Positions 25,327 through 38,550 of a stretch of DNA of 64,000 nt are shown here, piece by piece. The notes below the pieces were generated by a model, which did not search any database, was not told where the DNA came from, and saw nothing but the letters and a program-made list of their open reading frames with translations. Both the position numbers and the translations under genes were made by a program. The DNA comes from Octopus bimaculoides (Eukaryota). The stretch is taken from the NCBI RefSeq assembly GCF_001194135.2, contig NC_068985.1, positions 86,451,456 through 86,515,455 of the forward strand, read 5' to 3'. Position 1 is the first letter of the stretch. The number at the start of each line of letters is the position of its first letter.

Positions 25327-26534
25327 TAGTAGCAACATCAGTGACAACAACAGTCGAAAGAGCACCATCCTAAATAATGTTGTGTAGTAATTCAAATCAA
25401 ACACAAACAAGTAGCAAACAGGAGAACAATGAATTTGATGTTAGGCATAATCTGAAGTCATATGTGGAAAGTGAGAGAAACAATAGCATTCTAATGAAGA
25501 GAAGCTATGAGTGTTTAGATGTGTTGGATCAATGGCTGTTGGATTCTGTGGTGTCATTGTCAGGATAATGAGACTGCAAGAGGTGAGAGTGATCCAACGA
25601 AATTGCTATTGAAAGCAACTCTTCGTCCCTGACACCTTTTCAATTGTACGAGGCTACCTGTGCCAGGGGAAGAACAACAAAAGAACAACGATGAAAATCA
25701 CATATATTGCTGGTTGAGATCTTTGCTTTTAATTCCAATTACAGAACCTTTAAACGAAATTTTCTTATCATAATATGTGCCACAAAAGCTGTAGAACTGA
25801 GCTACAAAGAATGAGAACTTGAGTTCAAATTCTACTACTGTTGTTGTGTTGTCCTTCACCAAATAGCTGAATCCTAAATCTATTTCCTCATGTTTTGAGC
25901 GATCAATTAAAAGCTAAAAATGAAATGACTCCGTGTACTTCCTTCATAACCTAGTAGTCCACGAGTCAAACTGCAATGCAGTACCACTGACTTTCAGAAA
26001 CAATGTTATGCCTAGAATTGTCAAAGCATGGATTAAACTGACTGCATAAATTGTTAGTTGTCCGGACACTGTATCCTTAAAAATTTCTGTGCTTTGTAAA
26101 ACTTACCAACATTGCTCCTGACATAGTTATTTACTAAGTCCACAGTATTCCATGGAGAGCATAGGGCTGTGACTCTTTCATGCCAGGGGATGCAATCTTG
26201 GACTCTCTTCTTGATTTCAGACCAACAGAGAGACTGAATGCTTTCACTTCATCCTCCATGCATCATTTCTACGTCTTCTTACGTCATCTAGCTTTCCACT
26301 TTCCTGACATACTTATACCTTTATATCTTTATTACTCTTTTCTTATTCCTTTTTCTGCCTTTTTCACTTTTATCCTGTGTGCTGTGCATGTACTTCTAGC
26401 TTTCAATGCTGTCTTTCTTCGTTTCACTTCTCAACAAGAAGTTGGGCACTTGAGCACAATCTTGTTATTGTTATACATTCATTATATTATACACACTTAC
26501 TGTATACAATAAGCTCATTACAATATGACAGGAA

Positions 26535-26780
26535 ATAAGGCAGTGAGATGGCAGAGTCCTTAGCACACCAAACAAAATGATTAGTGGCAGTTTTTTTCCA
26601 CCTTTGCATTGTGAGTTCAAATTCCAGTGATGTTTACTTTGTCTTTCGTCTTTTTGGGGTTGATGAAATAAGCAGCAGTTGAGCACTTTGGCTGATGCAA
26701 TCGACTTACACCTCATCCAAAATTACTGGCCTTGTGCCAAAATTAGTATTATTATTATTATTATTGTTATTATTATTATT
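26535..26780 (+). mobile_element. SINE family A, full length with (ATT)n tail
   Basis: GGCAGTGAGATGGCAGAG head, GAGTTCAAATTCC B-box, conserved body. Confidence 0.9.
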
Positions 26781-27467
26781 GCAATAGTAATTTACCGTTG
26801 GACAATGATAAAATCATAGTGACACATCAGAAATATTATGTTATTAGATTATAAGCTTACAGCAATACAATATTTTCAGAAACTTGTAAAAAAAAAAACT
26901 ATCCTAATTTAAACATAGCATAATTATCTCAGAGTAAATTTATAGATACTGTGGTCAAATTTTATAATTTCATTGAACTTAGTTTGACAGCAATTTAATA
27001 GATAAATTTATGAAAAATGATAAGTAATAACTACAGCAATCAAATATCTTGTAATTGGATATTTACCAAAGGAATAAATTAATCAAAAATAAATAGTTCC
27101 ATGAATTTTGTTTTGGACATTTTAATGAATTCTTTGAGATAAAAAATAAATAGAAAAAGAAACAAAAAAATGAGTAATGCTGGAATGTCATCATATGCCA
27201 GGAATGTGTCTTCCTTCTAACCTTGATGCAATAAAATATCGGTTCCTATCAGATTATCAAATGTGAAATAATATCAAAATTGATTGGCACTGATGTTGGA
27301 AATCTATAGGCTTTCTTTTTTTTCTCTTTTACTAAATAATATGTCTGTGCATTTCTTAAATATTTGCCATTATTTTCAATGTCTATCATAGGTTTGTTTA
27401 AATTAAAAGAAAAAATATTTGGAGATTTGTCTTATCAGGTTTTCAAGCTAGAAATTTATAAATGATA

Positions 27468-27600
27468 CACAACTGTTGTTATTTAACCACAGGATAACTC
27501 CCAGTAGACCTAGAATAAAACATATTCTGGCTGTGATTTTTTTGTTTTCTCTTTTTGTCATTCAGACACTGTGTTTCTAGAATGGCATTATCTAATATGA
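27468..27600 (+). repeat. Dispersed repeat family C (related pieces near 2960-3120, 34380-34580, 37560-37650)
   Basis: CAACTGTTGTTATTTAACCACAGG..AGACCT recurs, in inverted form at 34470-34580 and 37590-37645. Confidence 0.55.
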
Positions 27601-27733
27601 CCTTCCTTATTTCTAAGACAGTAAAATGTGATTTCAGAAGGAACCGGTTGTTATTTTGATTAATTCAAATCTCACTGTTTCAATATGACTGTATATACGT
27701 GTACGTATTTGTATATACATACATACATTCACG

Positions 27734-27792
<59 letters not shown>

Positions 27793-27871
27793 ATATAATG
27801 TAATATATATATACATATATATATAAATAGAGGGAGAGAGGGAGAGATAGATAGATAGATAGATGGATAGG

Positions 27872-27923
<52 letters not shown>

Positions 27924-28149
27924 AATATATGCACATAGCCAATAACAGATGTTACTATACGTAGGAATTCTCTTTTAGTGATATACATGTGGAATTCCCT
28001 AAGTATCAGTAGAGTTTAAGAATTTTAATATAAGAAGATGGAATGAACAGGCTTTATTACAAAAATAATATAATAAAAAAATGTCCATTCCATCTTCTCA
28101 TATTAAAATTCTTTTATATATATGTATATATATATGTACACAACAACTG

Positions 28150-28550
28150 TCCAGTAGGGGGCTGAAGGAGTCATCTATGAAGCTACAGTGACACCAAGAT
28201 TTGGCAACCATATTACCAGCAATGAACCATCCAACAACAATGGTAGCAGACTCACCAGTTTTAATGCCACAGACCCCAGTACAAATGCTACAGCCAAAGA
28301 TGATGACCAGTCTGGTTCCAATGGCACAGGGGAGGTAACTGATGATGCTAGTACCATCACCACAGCCAGAAAGAGGACCAGACAAGTATCATCAACATTG
28401 AGAAAGTAACCAACCCTGCAAGCTATGTTACCAGCAGCAGAACCCACACCACCACCACCACTAGCATCAGCACCAATTATATGACCAGAGGCAAAAACCA
28501 TGACATCAACAATTGCGGTAAAGACAGATATACCAGCACCGCCAGACTAA
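28150..28550 (+). pseudogene. Decayed Pro/Thr/Met/Ala-rich coding-like segment of unknown origin
   Basis: GC-richer than flanks. Two plus frames read ATILPAMNHPTTMVADSPVLMPQTP and PTLQAMLPAAEPTPPPPLASAP. The antisense frame is open for more than 108 codons. Confidence 0.3.
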
Positions 28551-28775
28551 TGTACCATAATCCTTGTTTGAACATTTTGTCCTAGCTTTCCTCCACCTCT
28601 GTGGGGTGGAAAGTTAAATTTGTCTTTGTATAGTCTGATGAACTGCCCACAGGGTTGTAGCTTTCATGGATACAAAACCATTGGGGTCACTCTATGACCA
28701 GAATTTAACTTTATGATAAAATATTCTTTAGAATGTGCTTCTTATTCTGATATATTTTATATTGACAATCACTCA

Positions 28776-28876
<101 letters not shown>

Positions 28877-28879
28877 TAT

Positions 28880-29010
28880 ATATATCATCATCATTGTTTA
28901 ACGTCCGTTCTCCATGCTGGCATGGATTGAACGATTTGACTGGGGACTGGTGAGGCAGATGACTGCACCAGGCTCCAATCTGATCTGGCAATGTTTCTAC
29001 AGCTGGTGTG
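28880..29010 (-). mobile_element. Family D RTE-tail fragment
   Basis: CATCATTGTTTAACGTCCGTTCTCCATGCTGGCATGGATTGAACG matches the reverse complement of 55500-55540. Confidence 0.9.
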
Positions 29011-29107
29011 TTTATGCCCCAAAATTAGGACGAAAGCTGCCGTGAATTAGCTCCAAGAAGCCATCGCCTCTAGCTAGCTATGTGACACACGAAACCTGTG
29101 TCCTTTA

Positions 29108-29249
29108 TAACCTTCGAACAGGGGAGGTCAGCAGCTTCCCCTTGCTGGTTTGGCATCTGCAGACTAGACTAGTTTCAGGGTGTTGCCCCTTGTCAATGCA
29201 GAGCAGCCAAGCTCCAGCCAGGCGGCGCTACTGACTGTCTGTTCGAAGG

Positions 29250-29252
<3 letters not shown>
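29108..29252. mobile_element. 145 bp MITE with perfect 14 bp TIRs and TA flanks (Tc1/mariner-type)
   Basis: TA|TAACCTTCGAACAG (29108-21) ... CTGTTCGAAGGTTA (29239-52)|TA. Confidence 0.75.
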
Positions 29253-29314
<62 letters not shown>

Positions 29315-29339
29315 TACCTATACACACACATACCCACAC

Positions 29340-29790
29340 ATATCCTCATCATCATCAGCAGCCAGCAACTTCAGTTGAAGTCCGTTTTTCATGCTGGTAT
29401 GGGTTGGACAGTTTGACAGGCACTTCTTTATGCAACTATTCTCATCCATCTACATCACATGACCAAACCAACACAGCCTCCTCCCTTGTACATTGCATCT
29501 AATTCCTCTTATGTCTAACTTTTCTCTCAATACACCAACACTTTGTTGCACATGTACAGACGTTGCACACCCAGTGAAGAATACCAGCTTCGTTTCTCTC
29601 TAGTCTTTGCATTTCCTCTCTATTCAGTGCCCACATCTCACTAGCATGCAACATTGCAGTGTGTACACATGCATAATACAACCCTTCCTTTGCTTAATGA
29701 GAGAGAGAGAGGGAGGGAGAGAGAGACCTTTGGTTGCCATCAGAGGTAAGAGGTCTCTGAACTTTCTCTATCTTATTCTTATTCTAGTAA
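29340..29790 (-). mobile_element. RTE LINE (family of 54703) 3' relic, internally deleted
   Basis: Translates to ESVITRIRIR*RKFRDLLPLMATKGL..LYYACVHTAMLHASEMWA..RLERNEA..RRLCWFGHVM, followed by the family D tail. Confidence 0.9.
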
Positions 29791-30449
29791 TTACACTTTC
29801 CGTTATTGGGTAATTTAAGTAGCAAAAATTATCTACTGAATATTTAACCTAAGCTACGTAGAGTAATGGCTGAGAGAAAGAGCTGAATACATAAACCCAG
29901 TTATAAATAATTAATTGCCAAAAATAATGAGTAAATTAGCTCAAGTTTTTCAAAATGATATTAAGTTCTTTTAGTCAAAGTTTGGAAAAATCTTTAGACA
30001 TTCTGTAAAATAAGCAGTTATAGTATATCTAAGGGTGTTGCCAGACTTGAGTAAAATGTTGACAGAGATAAACAAAAATGAAATATTGAACTAAATGCCC
30101 AGGTATCTCAGGTAATTGGCTTCTTCTTTCTCATGTCTCATGCAGCTTCTACTGAACTGAAATGTTGGCGTTTATAGCAGAACACAAAATCTCCATTTCA
30201 ATACAAAATCTTTTTCCGAGCTATTTTTTTTATCACATGTCATCCCCACCATCTTTATCTCTCTTCCAGTTACTTTCTCCTCTTCTTACATAATGTGGGG
30301 TAGCCATGTATCTCCACCCTCTATCCCTCTATTACACTTGAAGCTCTCAACATCTGACTAAAAGCCACCTCCCTCTATACTACACTGTCTTAATTCATCT
30401 GAGGGGTCCTTTTTAGTCTTGGAAATAACATGATGACCTTACTTAGTAC

Positions 30450-30620
30450 TGGTGCCACAGAGAAGGCACTCAGTTTACTCTGTAAGGTGGTTGGTGTTGG
30501 GAAGGGCATCTGGCTACAAAAACTGTGCTAAAGAAGTCTGCTGATTGGTCAGATTCCTTCAAATCATTTAAGCCATACCAGTATAAAAGACAGATGTTAA
30601 ATGATGATGATGATCATGAT
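30450..30620 (+). mobile_element. Family D RTE-tail fragment
   Basis: GTGGTTGGTGTTGGGAAGGGCATCTGGCT...GATGTTAAATGATGATG. Confidence 0.85.
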
Positions 30621-30749
30621 GCATGAGCTCATTCCAAAAATGCTAATAGAATTGAATATGCAAGAACAAGGGAACCAGCTATTTTTTTTTTATGCCATGG
30701 ATGAAGAATATCTGTAAATTCTTATAACATGATTAAAGAACATTTAACT

Positions 30750-31460
30750 TTCATTAATTATTTATGACACTACAGGTATATCGACAATAAAGTATGTTGT
30801 CCTCATAGTCAAGTTTTCTGAAAGTCATTTCACAGAAGCAATTCACAAATTAACTTTTTTGGAAATTAATTGCATTACTGCCCAATACATTTACAATTTT
30901 ATAGTAAATTTGTTTGAAAAATACATGGCATACCAATTAAAAATCTGATTGGTTATGCAAGTAATTATGCAAATGTAATGATGTGGTCAAAAAGGGGTGT
31001 TTAACTTGTTCAGATGCGGAAGGCTGTGTACACTGTTCAATGTATTTATGGCCATTCAATGCATGTTTTGAACTTTCAAGTTCCATAGAGAAGTCATCTA
31101 GAATTATTTATTCATATTTGTCAAACTGTCCAAAGAGATTAACAGAAATTGCAGAATTTAAGGAATTTAGCCAGACTAATCCTGAAATGATTTTACATCA
31201 TAGCAGCTGTACTCAATGGTTATCACTTCAATAAATACGGAAAGACTACTGAATCAATAGCCAGCAGTTGTCATATTTTTTACTTCTCTAGCATTAGAAG
31301 ATGCGATGACTTCAGCATCTAAAAGACTGCAGTCTTTACAGAATCTAAGTGTAAAAATCTATTTTCCATTTCCAGCTTAGATTCTGCCATAAGAGAATAA
31401 AATAAATTTCAAGTTTCCAACAGGGAACCACAGAATCCATACACAATACTGCGTCCATCA
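30750..31460 (+). mobile_element. hAT-superfamily transposase relic
   Basis: IYDTTGISTIKYVVLIVKF (first catalytic D region), GIPIKNLIGYASNYANVM (second D region), CVHCSMYL (CxxH-like), RIIYSYLSNCPKR and CTQWLSL (TRW motif), in hAT order with stops and frameshifts. Confidence 0.75.
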
Positions 31461-31609
31461 TCACTGATAAGAATGGTATCTTTGCTAATTTTATTAAGAG
31501 GCAACTACTAAAAAATTGATCAAAAGTTATCACCACACATCCATCCATTTGCTTTCCATAAGTGAACTTTATACAAATGCAAAAAGTGTATACGTCTTTC
31601 TATGATCAT

Positions 31610-31855
31610 CGTCACCATCGTCTTAGCATCCAGTTTCCTATGCTTGCCAGGCTGAGACAGATTTTCTATGGCTGGATGTCCTTTCTGTCACCAACCCTCA
31701 CTTGTTTCCATGTTTCCAAGAAGGGCAATATTTCTCCATAACCTAACATGTTTACACAGAACATTGGGAATAAATGACACTGCCTGTGTGACACTGACAC
31801 TCGTTTGCAGCTATCACATGGCGTCAAGACAAGGACACACAAACACTCACACACA

Positions 31856-31915
<60 letters not shown>

Positions 31916-32070
31916 GAATACAATAGGTTCTTCTCAGTTTCTCTCTGCCAAATCCACACACAAGACTTTGTTTGGTCCAAGTTAGTTGATCAAGGTGCCA
32001 TGCAATGTGATTGAACCTGAAACCATGTGGTTGAAAGCATGATTTTCAACCCCCACCAGTCATACCTGCA
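31610..32070 (-). mobile_element. Composite of family D tail, (CA)n and family B head
   Basis: GGATGTCCTTTCTGTCACCAACC (D) and CAAGGTGCCATGCAATGTGATTGAACC..CATGTGGTTG (B head, reverse complement). Confidence 0.75.
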
Positions 32071-34579
32071 CCATCAGCTATGCTTGTGCCTGTTCTTTAA
32101 AAATATATAAAGCAAAATTTCAAAGAATTCCAGATTAACACATTGAATATTTTATGTGAAACGAAGCAAAGAAATGTATAAACAGTTTGTATCATATAAA
32201 ATGTTCACTAATTTATGTCTTTTAAAAGCTTTTAGATCCAGAAAATGTGTTTCAAAGACAACCACCTTCAATTATTCTTTAGTCCATGAAGAAATATTTC
32301 TAAGGTAAAAGAGCATGAAGATATCAGTAGACCATGACAAGAGTTCACTTTGCCAGGGAATGCAATTTCAGAACCAGAGAAATTCTGTTATATTTCTCAA
32401 GAAGAGTGTGGAGATAAACTTTGTTTCCTAATTATCTTGGAATTAATTAAATGCTTACTGTAATTGGCTCTTTCTTAAATGCAACAGAAAGGCTGATTTC
32501 TTTAGTTAACAATACAAAAGCTAAAAATTATTCTTAGCTAAGTGGGGAGGAAACTCTGTTTCTAATTTTTGGTAAATATGTTTTGGCAAAAAATAGAAAA
32601 TGGCAACTGTCTGAACGACTGTGCTAAGAATTGAAGAAAGCAAAATTAAATCTCAATGATAAAACCTACAAACGTATAATTCAAGTAAAATGCAAAAGTC
32701 TTGTATTTTATAAAATCCCCCAAAAAGTTATCAGCCAGGCCTGGTCAAAGCAGAAGTATTTACACTAAGGTGCTGCGTGGTCCTGTTTCCGCCAGTCCTT
32801 TCCGCCCTTCATCCCCACACTGATTTGATAAGATAAAGAATTTAAAGCTTGAAAAACATCTCAACTGTGTAGCTCCGCCAATCCTGTGAAAACTCCAAAT
32901 AACTCCAGCTGATACGAGATTCAAAACCATTACTTTCAGGCATTCACTCATTTTAGAAGATATCCAAAACGAATTCAATTTGATAAAATTCCTCACCATC
33001 TTTCTCTAACAAGTAAACAGGATGAGGGGTTAAGTCTATCACCTAAGTAAGTCATGGTAGGATTTGAACTCAGAATGTAATAAGTTAAAACAAATACTGC
33101 CAGGCATCTAGTTCTTCCAACCCACTCCTCTTGGTATTCTTTTATTGACCCCAAAAGATGGAAAGCAAAATTAGTGTTGGTCGTACTTGAACTCTTCCAT
33201 CTCTACTAAAACCCAATCTGGTGCATCCATATTTTTACGCCTCCCTTATTTCCTCTCTTCTTATCTCATTACTTTTCCTGTATTTCCTTTCTGATCTCTT
33301 ATAAACCAGCTTACATTTCTTTTTTCAAGGAACAGCAAAATTCTTTTGAGAATCCATTTCTGACCACACATGTCTTCTAACCATGAATCTGTAACAACAA
33401 CACACTCAAGGTAAATACAAATGGCTTTTGAAGATGCGATATATGAGAAGCAGAAAAAAAATCCCAAGCTGTCTGCAAGCACATTATAACAGGTTTAAGA
33501 GCTTACAATCACTGACAGAATTTCATCTTAGTTCTTATGTTAAATTACAACAGGTGGATGTAGAGAATATCTCAAGGCAATAGTTACTGAGTCGAAGTAG
33601 TAATTCCATACTGGTTCCCTTTCTTTCTATATTTTCTTTTTTTTATTTTTCTATATGCCTAATTCTTATTTATTCAAATAATGTTGTTCTTAATTTGTAG
33701 AAATTCCTTAAGGAAATGATTGGATGAAATAGATTCAAGGTCAAATAATTGGATGAGAGTGCCAGAACTAGAGTGAAATTATAAAGAGAATAATAGTTTT
33801 AGAGACGACAGTTCTCTATAATCAAAATATTGATAAGATTGGATGAATAAAAACTAAAACTAATGCCAAAAAAAAAGTTAAGCCATGATGTGGCATAAGG
33901 ATAAGAAATATCTAATAATTCTGACAGAAATTTTCATTGAAAATTTTTGACTATTCGCTTAATTCACTTCTCTTGCGTCCTGGAATTCTTGTGATTACAT
34001 TAAATATTGGCTTAGTTTCTCATCTCAGCAGAGGTGAAGAAATAAATACAGGAGTCACAAAACATATGAAAGGAAGCAGGGCAATAACAAGATTATTTGA
34101 CTTAGGAATTGGAATAGTTTTGGCTTTGAGACGAGGTCCTGGAATATCTAAATTCCTCAAAGAACCAATGAATCAATCAGAAAGTATCTATGTGGTCGCT
34201 TGGATTGCTAGAAATAGCAACCAAATTAAATTTACTTCAATTGATCATGGTCTTAGCAAAAAATAAAACCTCTGGTTTTTTGACATTCAAGAAATAACAA
34301 CGAAATTTTTTTGGATTGCACTCTACATTAGATAATATAATCCGAAATGCATTGTGGCTGATTAAAAGAAAAAAGACTCAAAGCTGGATTGCCTTTGGTC
34401 ATAAGCCTGCTCAGTCATGGTGAACTTGGAGTTAATCAACAACAACAACAACAACAACAACAACAAGGACACTATGGACAATGACTGTAGAGATGCCACT
34501 GAAAAGATGGGATGGGCATGGCTGGCATAGCTTTCATTATAGGTTTACTCAACAGCAACCTGGATCTAAACAACAACAT

Positions 34580-34610
<31 letters not shown>

Positions 34611-34626
34611 GACGACGACGACGACG

Positions 34627-34674
<48 letters not shown>

Positions 34675-34864
34675 GCTGCTGCTACTGCTGCTGCTGCTGC
34701 TTCTGCTACTACAGCTACTACTTTTAACATGAGAATGTTGAAAAGGGTCAATAAATATGTGTGTTATGTAACCAAGAAAAAATCCCCTGAATGGCCACAT
34801 GGGTCCATAGACTGTAGATTAGGGAAATGTGTTTGAGGTTGATTGAAGTTAAGTTTATTTTTAA

Positions 34865-35147
34865 AAGGAAGAGGTGCAACAGCAGCAGAGAAAGGTGAGC
34901 AGAGATAGTGGTATTTGCATGTGGCAGATGTGCCAGTACAATAAATACAAGGAATGTAATGAAAATAGACTCCCTCAAATGCCCGGGGCAATACTTAGAA
35001 GTAGTTGAGAGCTTCCACTACCTAGTTGACCAAGACAGTAGTGGGGGTGGATGCTCTGACAGCATAGCTGTTAGAATAAGAATAGGCTGGGCAAAGTTGA
35101 GAGAGCTTCTACCTTTGTTGGTAGCAAAAGGCCTCTTCCTCAGGAAG
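34865..35147 (+). mobile_element. RTE LINE RT-region fragment (family of 54703), older
   Basis: VFACGRC..LEVVESFHYLVDQDSSGGGCSDSIAVRIRIGWAKLRELLPLLVAKGL aligns with 54712 onward. Confidence 0.9.
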
Positions 35148-35269
35148 TGTTAAGTTGTAAGCAAACTAAGGCAAAATGCTAAAACGAGAACATTGGACAG
35201 AAAGAAAGTATGAATGCTTTTTCAGAAAAATCTGTATGTGAGAAAGTGAGGAAGAGAAAGACAGGGAGA

Positions 35270-35720
35270 TTGAGATTGAGAGAGAGAGAGAGAGAGAGGG
35301 CGACAGAGATAGATAGAAACTAGAAATGAATATAGAGAGAGTGGGGTGGCTGAGAGAAATAGAAGAAGAAGAAGAAGAAGAAGAAGAAGAAGAAGAAGAA
35401 GAAGAAGAAGAAGAAGAAGAAGAAGAAGAAGAAGAAGAGGAATGGGAGGAGAAGAAAAAGAAGATAAAGAAGAAAAAAGAAGGGGAGGAAGAGAAGAAGA
35501 AAAAGAAGGGAGAAGAAGAAAAAGAAGAAAAAGAAAAAAAGGGGAGGAGGAGGACAAAGGAAGAGGAGGAGGAGAAGAAAAAGAAGGGGAAGAAGAAGAT
35601 GGAGGTCGAGGAAGAGGAGTGTGAAGTGAATGATGATGATGATAAATGAGGAAGAGGAGGAGTAGGAGAGATATAGAGAGAGTTTATGTAAGTGAGTGAG
35701 GGAGGGAGAGGGGAAAATGT
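35270..35720 (+). repeat. About 450 bp polypurine tract with (GA)n and (GAA)n
   Basis: Seen directly. Confidence 0.95.
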
Positions 35721-36291
35721 GAGAGAAAGATTTTGACACTGAAACAAATTGAATGAAGAATGAAAATTAAGCAGAAGTTTTAATTTTGTAATTCTTCAAT
35801 TGGAATTCCAGTTCCAAAGGTCTGGAATAATTTAAGGCAATAATTAATAAAGAAATCTGAACAGATAATTTCTTGAATTAATGAATGAAACTCATTTAAT
35901 AACTAATCAAACTTGCTGTTAGCAATTTTTAAATGATGACATTCACTAAGAAAAATGGAAACAGATAAAAAAAAAATAACAAGCAACAACAAAAAAAAAA
36001 TAGTGGCTCCTCAACTAACCTGCAAAAGCATGGAAAAATAATAGAAATAAAGCTTAAACAAAATATAGAAAAAAAATAACAATTAGTAAAATCCTAATCT
36101 TTGTTTCTTAGAATTCATCTTGAACAAATGATTTCAAATTACTCTTTTGAAACGGAAATGATAGATATTTCACATGTAAAACATTAATCTATAATTTTCT
36201 AACATTTTGCTAACAAAACAAATTTATTTCTAGTTGACTTTCATCATTATTATTATTAATAATATCATCATCATCATCATCATCATCATCC

Positions 36292-36373
<82 letters not shown>

Positions 36374-36480
36374 TTCTACTACTACTTTCACCATCACTAT
36401 ATCAATAAAATTGCTAGCAACAACTACAACATTTTCTTTACAACATCCACCTATACAACAATATCAACACTCCCACTATC

Positions 36481-36545
<65 letters not shown>

Positions 36546-36584
36546 GCGAAAAGTACTACATGCAAATTTAATTAGAGGGGCTGT

Positions 36585-37010
36585 TATCCTGAGGTTTGGT
36601 GACAGCAAGTCTTCTCAGATCTCAAGAACTTTCTTAGAATTCTTAAAAAATAGAAGATGGCACTTTTCTGCAGGTCAACAATAGGTATCTCAATTCCAAT
36701 ATTTTTTCAATCTCTTCTTGGTTACAAGTTTGGGTGTTGTGCCAAGTGCACCAATTAACACAAGAATAATTCTCACCTTTCTCTTACATAATCTCTACAT
36801 CTCTGTCTAGGTTCTTTATATTTCCTAAATCTTTCAGTTTTCTTCATATCTGCTCAACAAACAGAGACGATTACACTATGAACATATCTGGTCACTTCAA
36901 TAGTATGGTCTCTCTTGGTGAAGAAATCTCCCATTTTTTCTTGTTGTTGTTGTTTTTATGATTATGAGGTTTTATGATTATGAAATTTGGAATGGATAAT
37001 TTATGTTCCA
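36585..37010 (-). mobile_element. R4/Dong-type non-LTR retrotransposon 3' end (restriction-like endonuclease region)
   Basis: Minus translation gives PDMF.., VRIILVLIGALGTTPKLV and IPIVDLQKSAIFYFLRILRKFL, matching the recalled R4 pattern RPD...VIGALG...LQK..LLGTA.ILR.VL. Confidence 0.8.
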
Positions 37011-38518
37011 GCCATCAATTTGTTATTGATGAAGTTATTTTAATAAATTCTTTAGAGTTTTGAAAAATAATTCCATAAGAGTGGTGTATTTCTACAGAAA
37101 TATGGTAAAAACTCGTTTAAATCCTGACTTGCAATGATGGAACTTCTACTAGTAGGCCTCACAAGGCTTGATCTAATCATAAGGCAAACCAATAACAGTA
37201 TGGGGCTCTCACAAACCACTGGGACTTTAAAATAAATAAAAGCCATACATTTTTGTAATTTTTGTAAGTCCTTCAGCTGTAAGTTTTAAACAAGGGACCT
37301 CTGAGTTTTTACAGATTAGGTCTCATCATCTTTACATCCAATCATGATCTCATGATTTTTACATCCAATTCTGGATTTGATCTCATGATTTTTACATCCA
37401 ATTCTGGATTCTGGTATATTCATGTGACATATGACACTTTGCTGTCACAAACCAACATAGTTGTTTCCTTTGTTGGTAATAAGCAGCCAGCTAGCTCTTA
37501 GATCATACCTTGCCATATTAAGAAGAACATCCAGGATAATGAGGTCCTAGGGTCCTAGGCACATAGGAAATAGATGGATTGGTCAAGGCTGGAATATTTC
37601 TGATTATGGGACCTGCTCAACCAAACTTGACCTGGAGTTAAACATCATCATCATCATCACAAGCCCTGTTACCAGTACCATCACCACCTCAAAACATTCT
37701 CTTCTATATCACAGATATGTCAACACAGATGTAGTGCCGTGATCCATATTCAAAGCACCACCATTTTTAACTTTGATTTTGACAAGCTGATTGCTATCAC
37801 ACACAACACCCTTCTCTTCAAGAGTTTATAAGATATAAAGCAATAAAACTATTCAGAGACAAGAGGTAAGAAACCAGTCAGTAGGGCTGTTGGCATGGAG
37901 GCCACTCCGGTGGTTAGTAACACTGTTCATATAAACCTCTTTGATGCAAGACGGTAATCTTTAGTGTATTTAGCTAAAAAATTATCTGCCATTTATTGTG
38001 ACAAAGTTAACTTAGGACAGACTAATATATGCTATTCAAGAACTGTGCTTTATATCAAGTTAACAGAGTGGAAGTAGGATGGAAAGCGATTGTAGCTTTA
38101 TGTCTTGTCAGAACTAAAAACAACAAATATTAAAAAAAAATTTTCAAGAAAGTACACAGAATTTATTCAAAGGAATAAGCTAAAAATGAATGAATAAATA
38201 AATAAATAAGAGAATGGAATAAAGAAAGAGTAAAAATAATCTAGTGAAGTTTTATAAAACAAGTTCTGGTTCATTTTGTACTAAAAGAGGAAAAAAACAA
38301 AACAAGAAGAATAGTGATTGATGTAACTATGTTTAAAGTTTATGGAATAAAAGACACTGCGTAACAAATGTTTCATGTGACATTTGCAAACATCAATCAT
38401 GTTAAAACATTTTTGAAATCAACTGGACTCCTGCTTCTTACATATTGAATATTTTTGAAATATTCTGTAATGCAGGGTTGGTCACCACAAGGCATACATA
38501 CATGCGTGCATATTTATG

Positions 38519-38550
<32 letters not shown>

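Noticed and set aside
28634-28670. CTGATGA followed by a weak hairpin (also CTGATGA on the minus strand at 47767-47773)
   Set aside because: No correctly placed GAAA, stem III or cleavage triplet.
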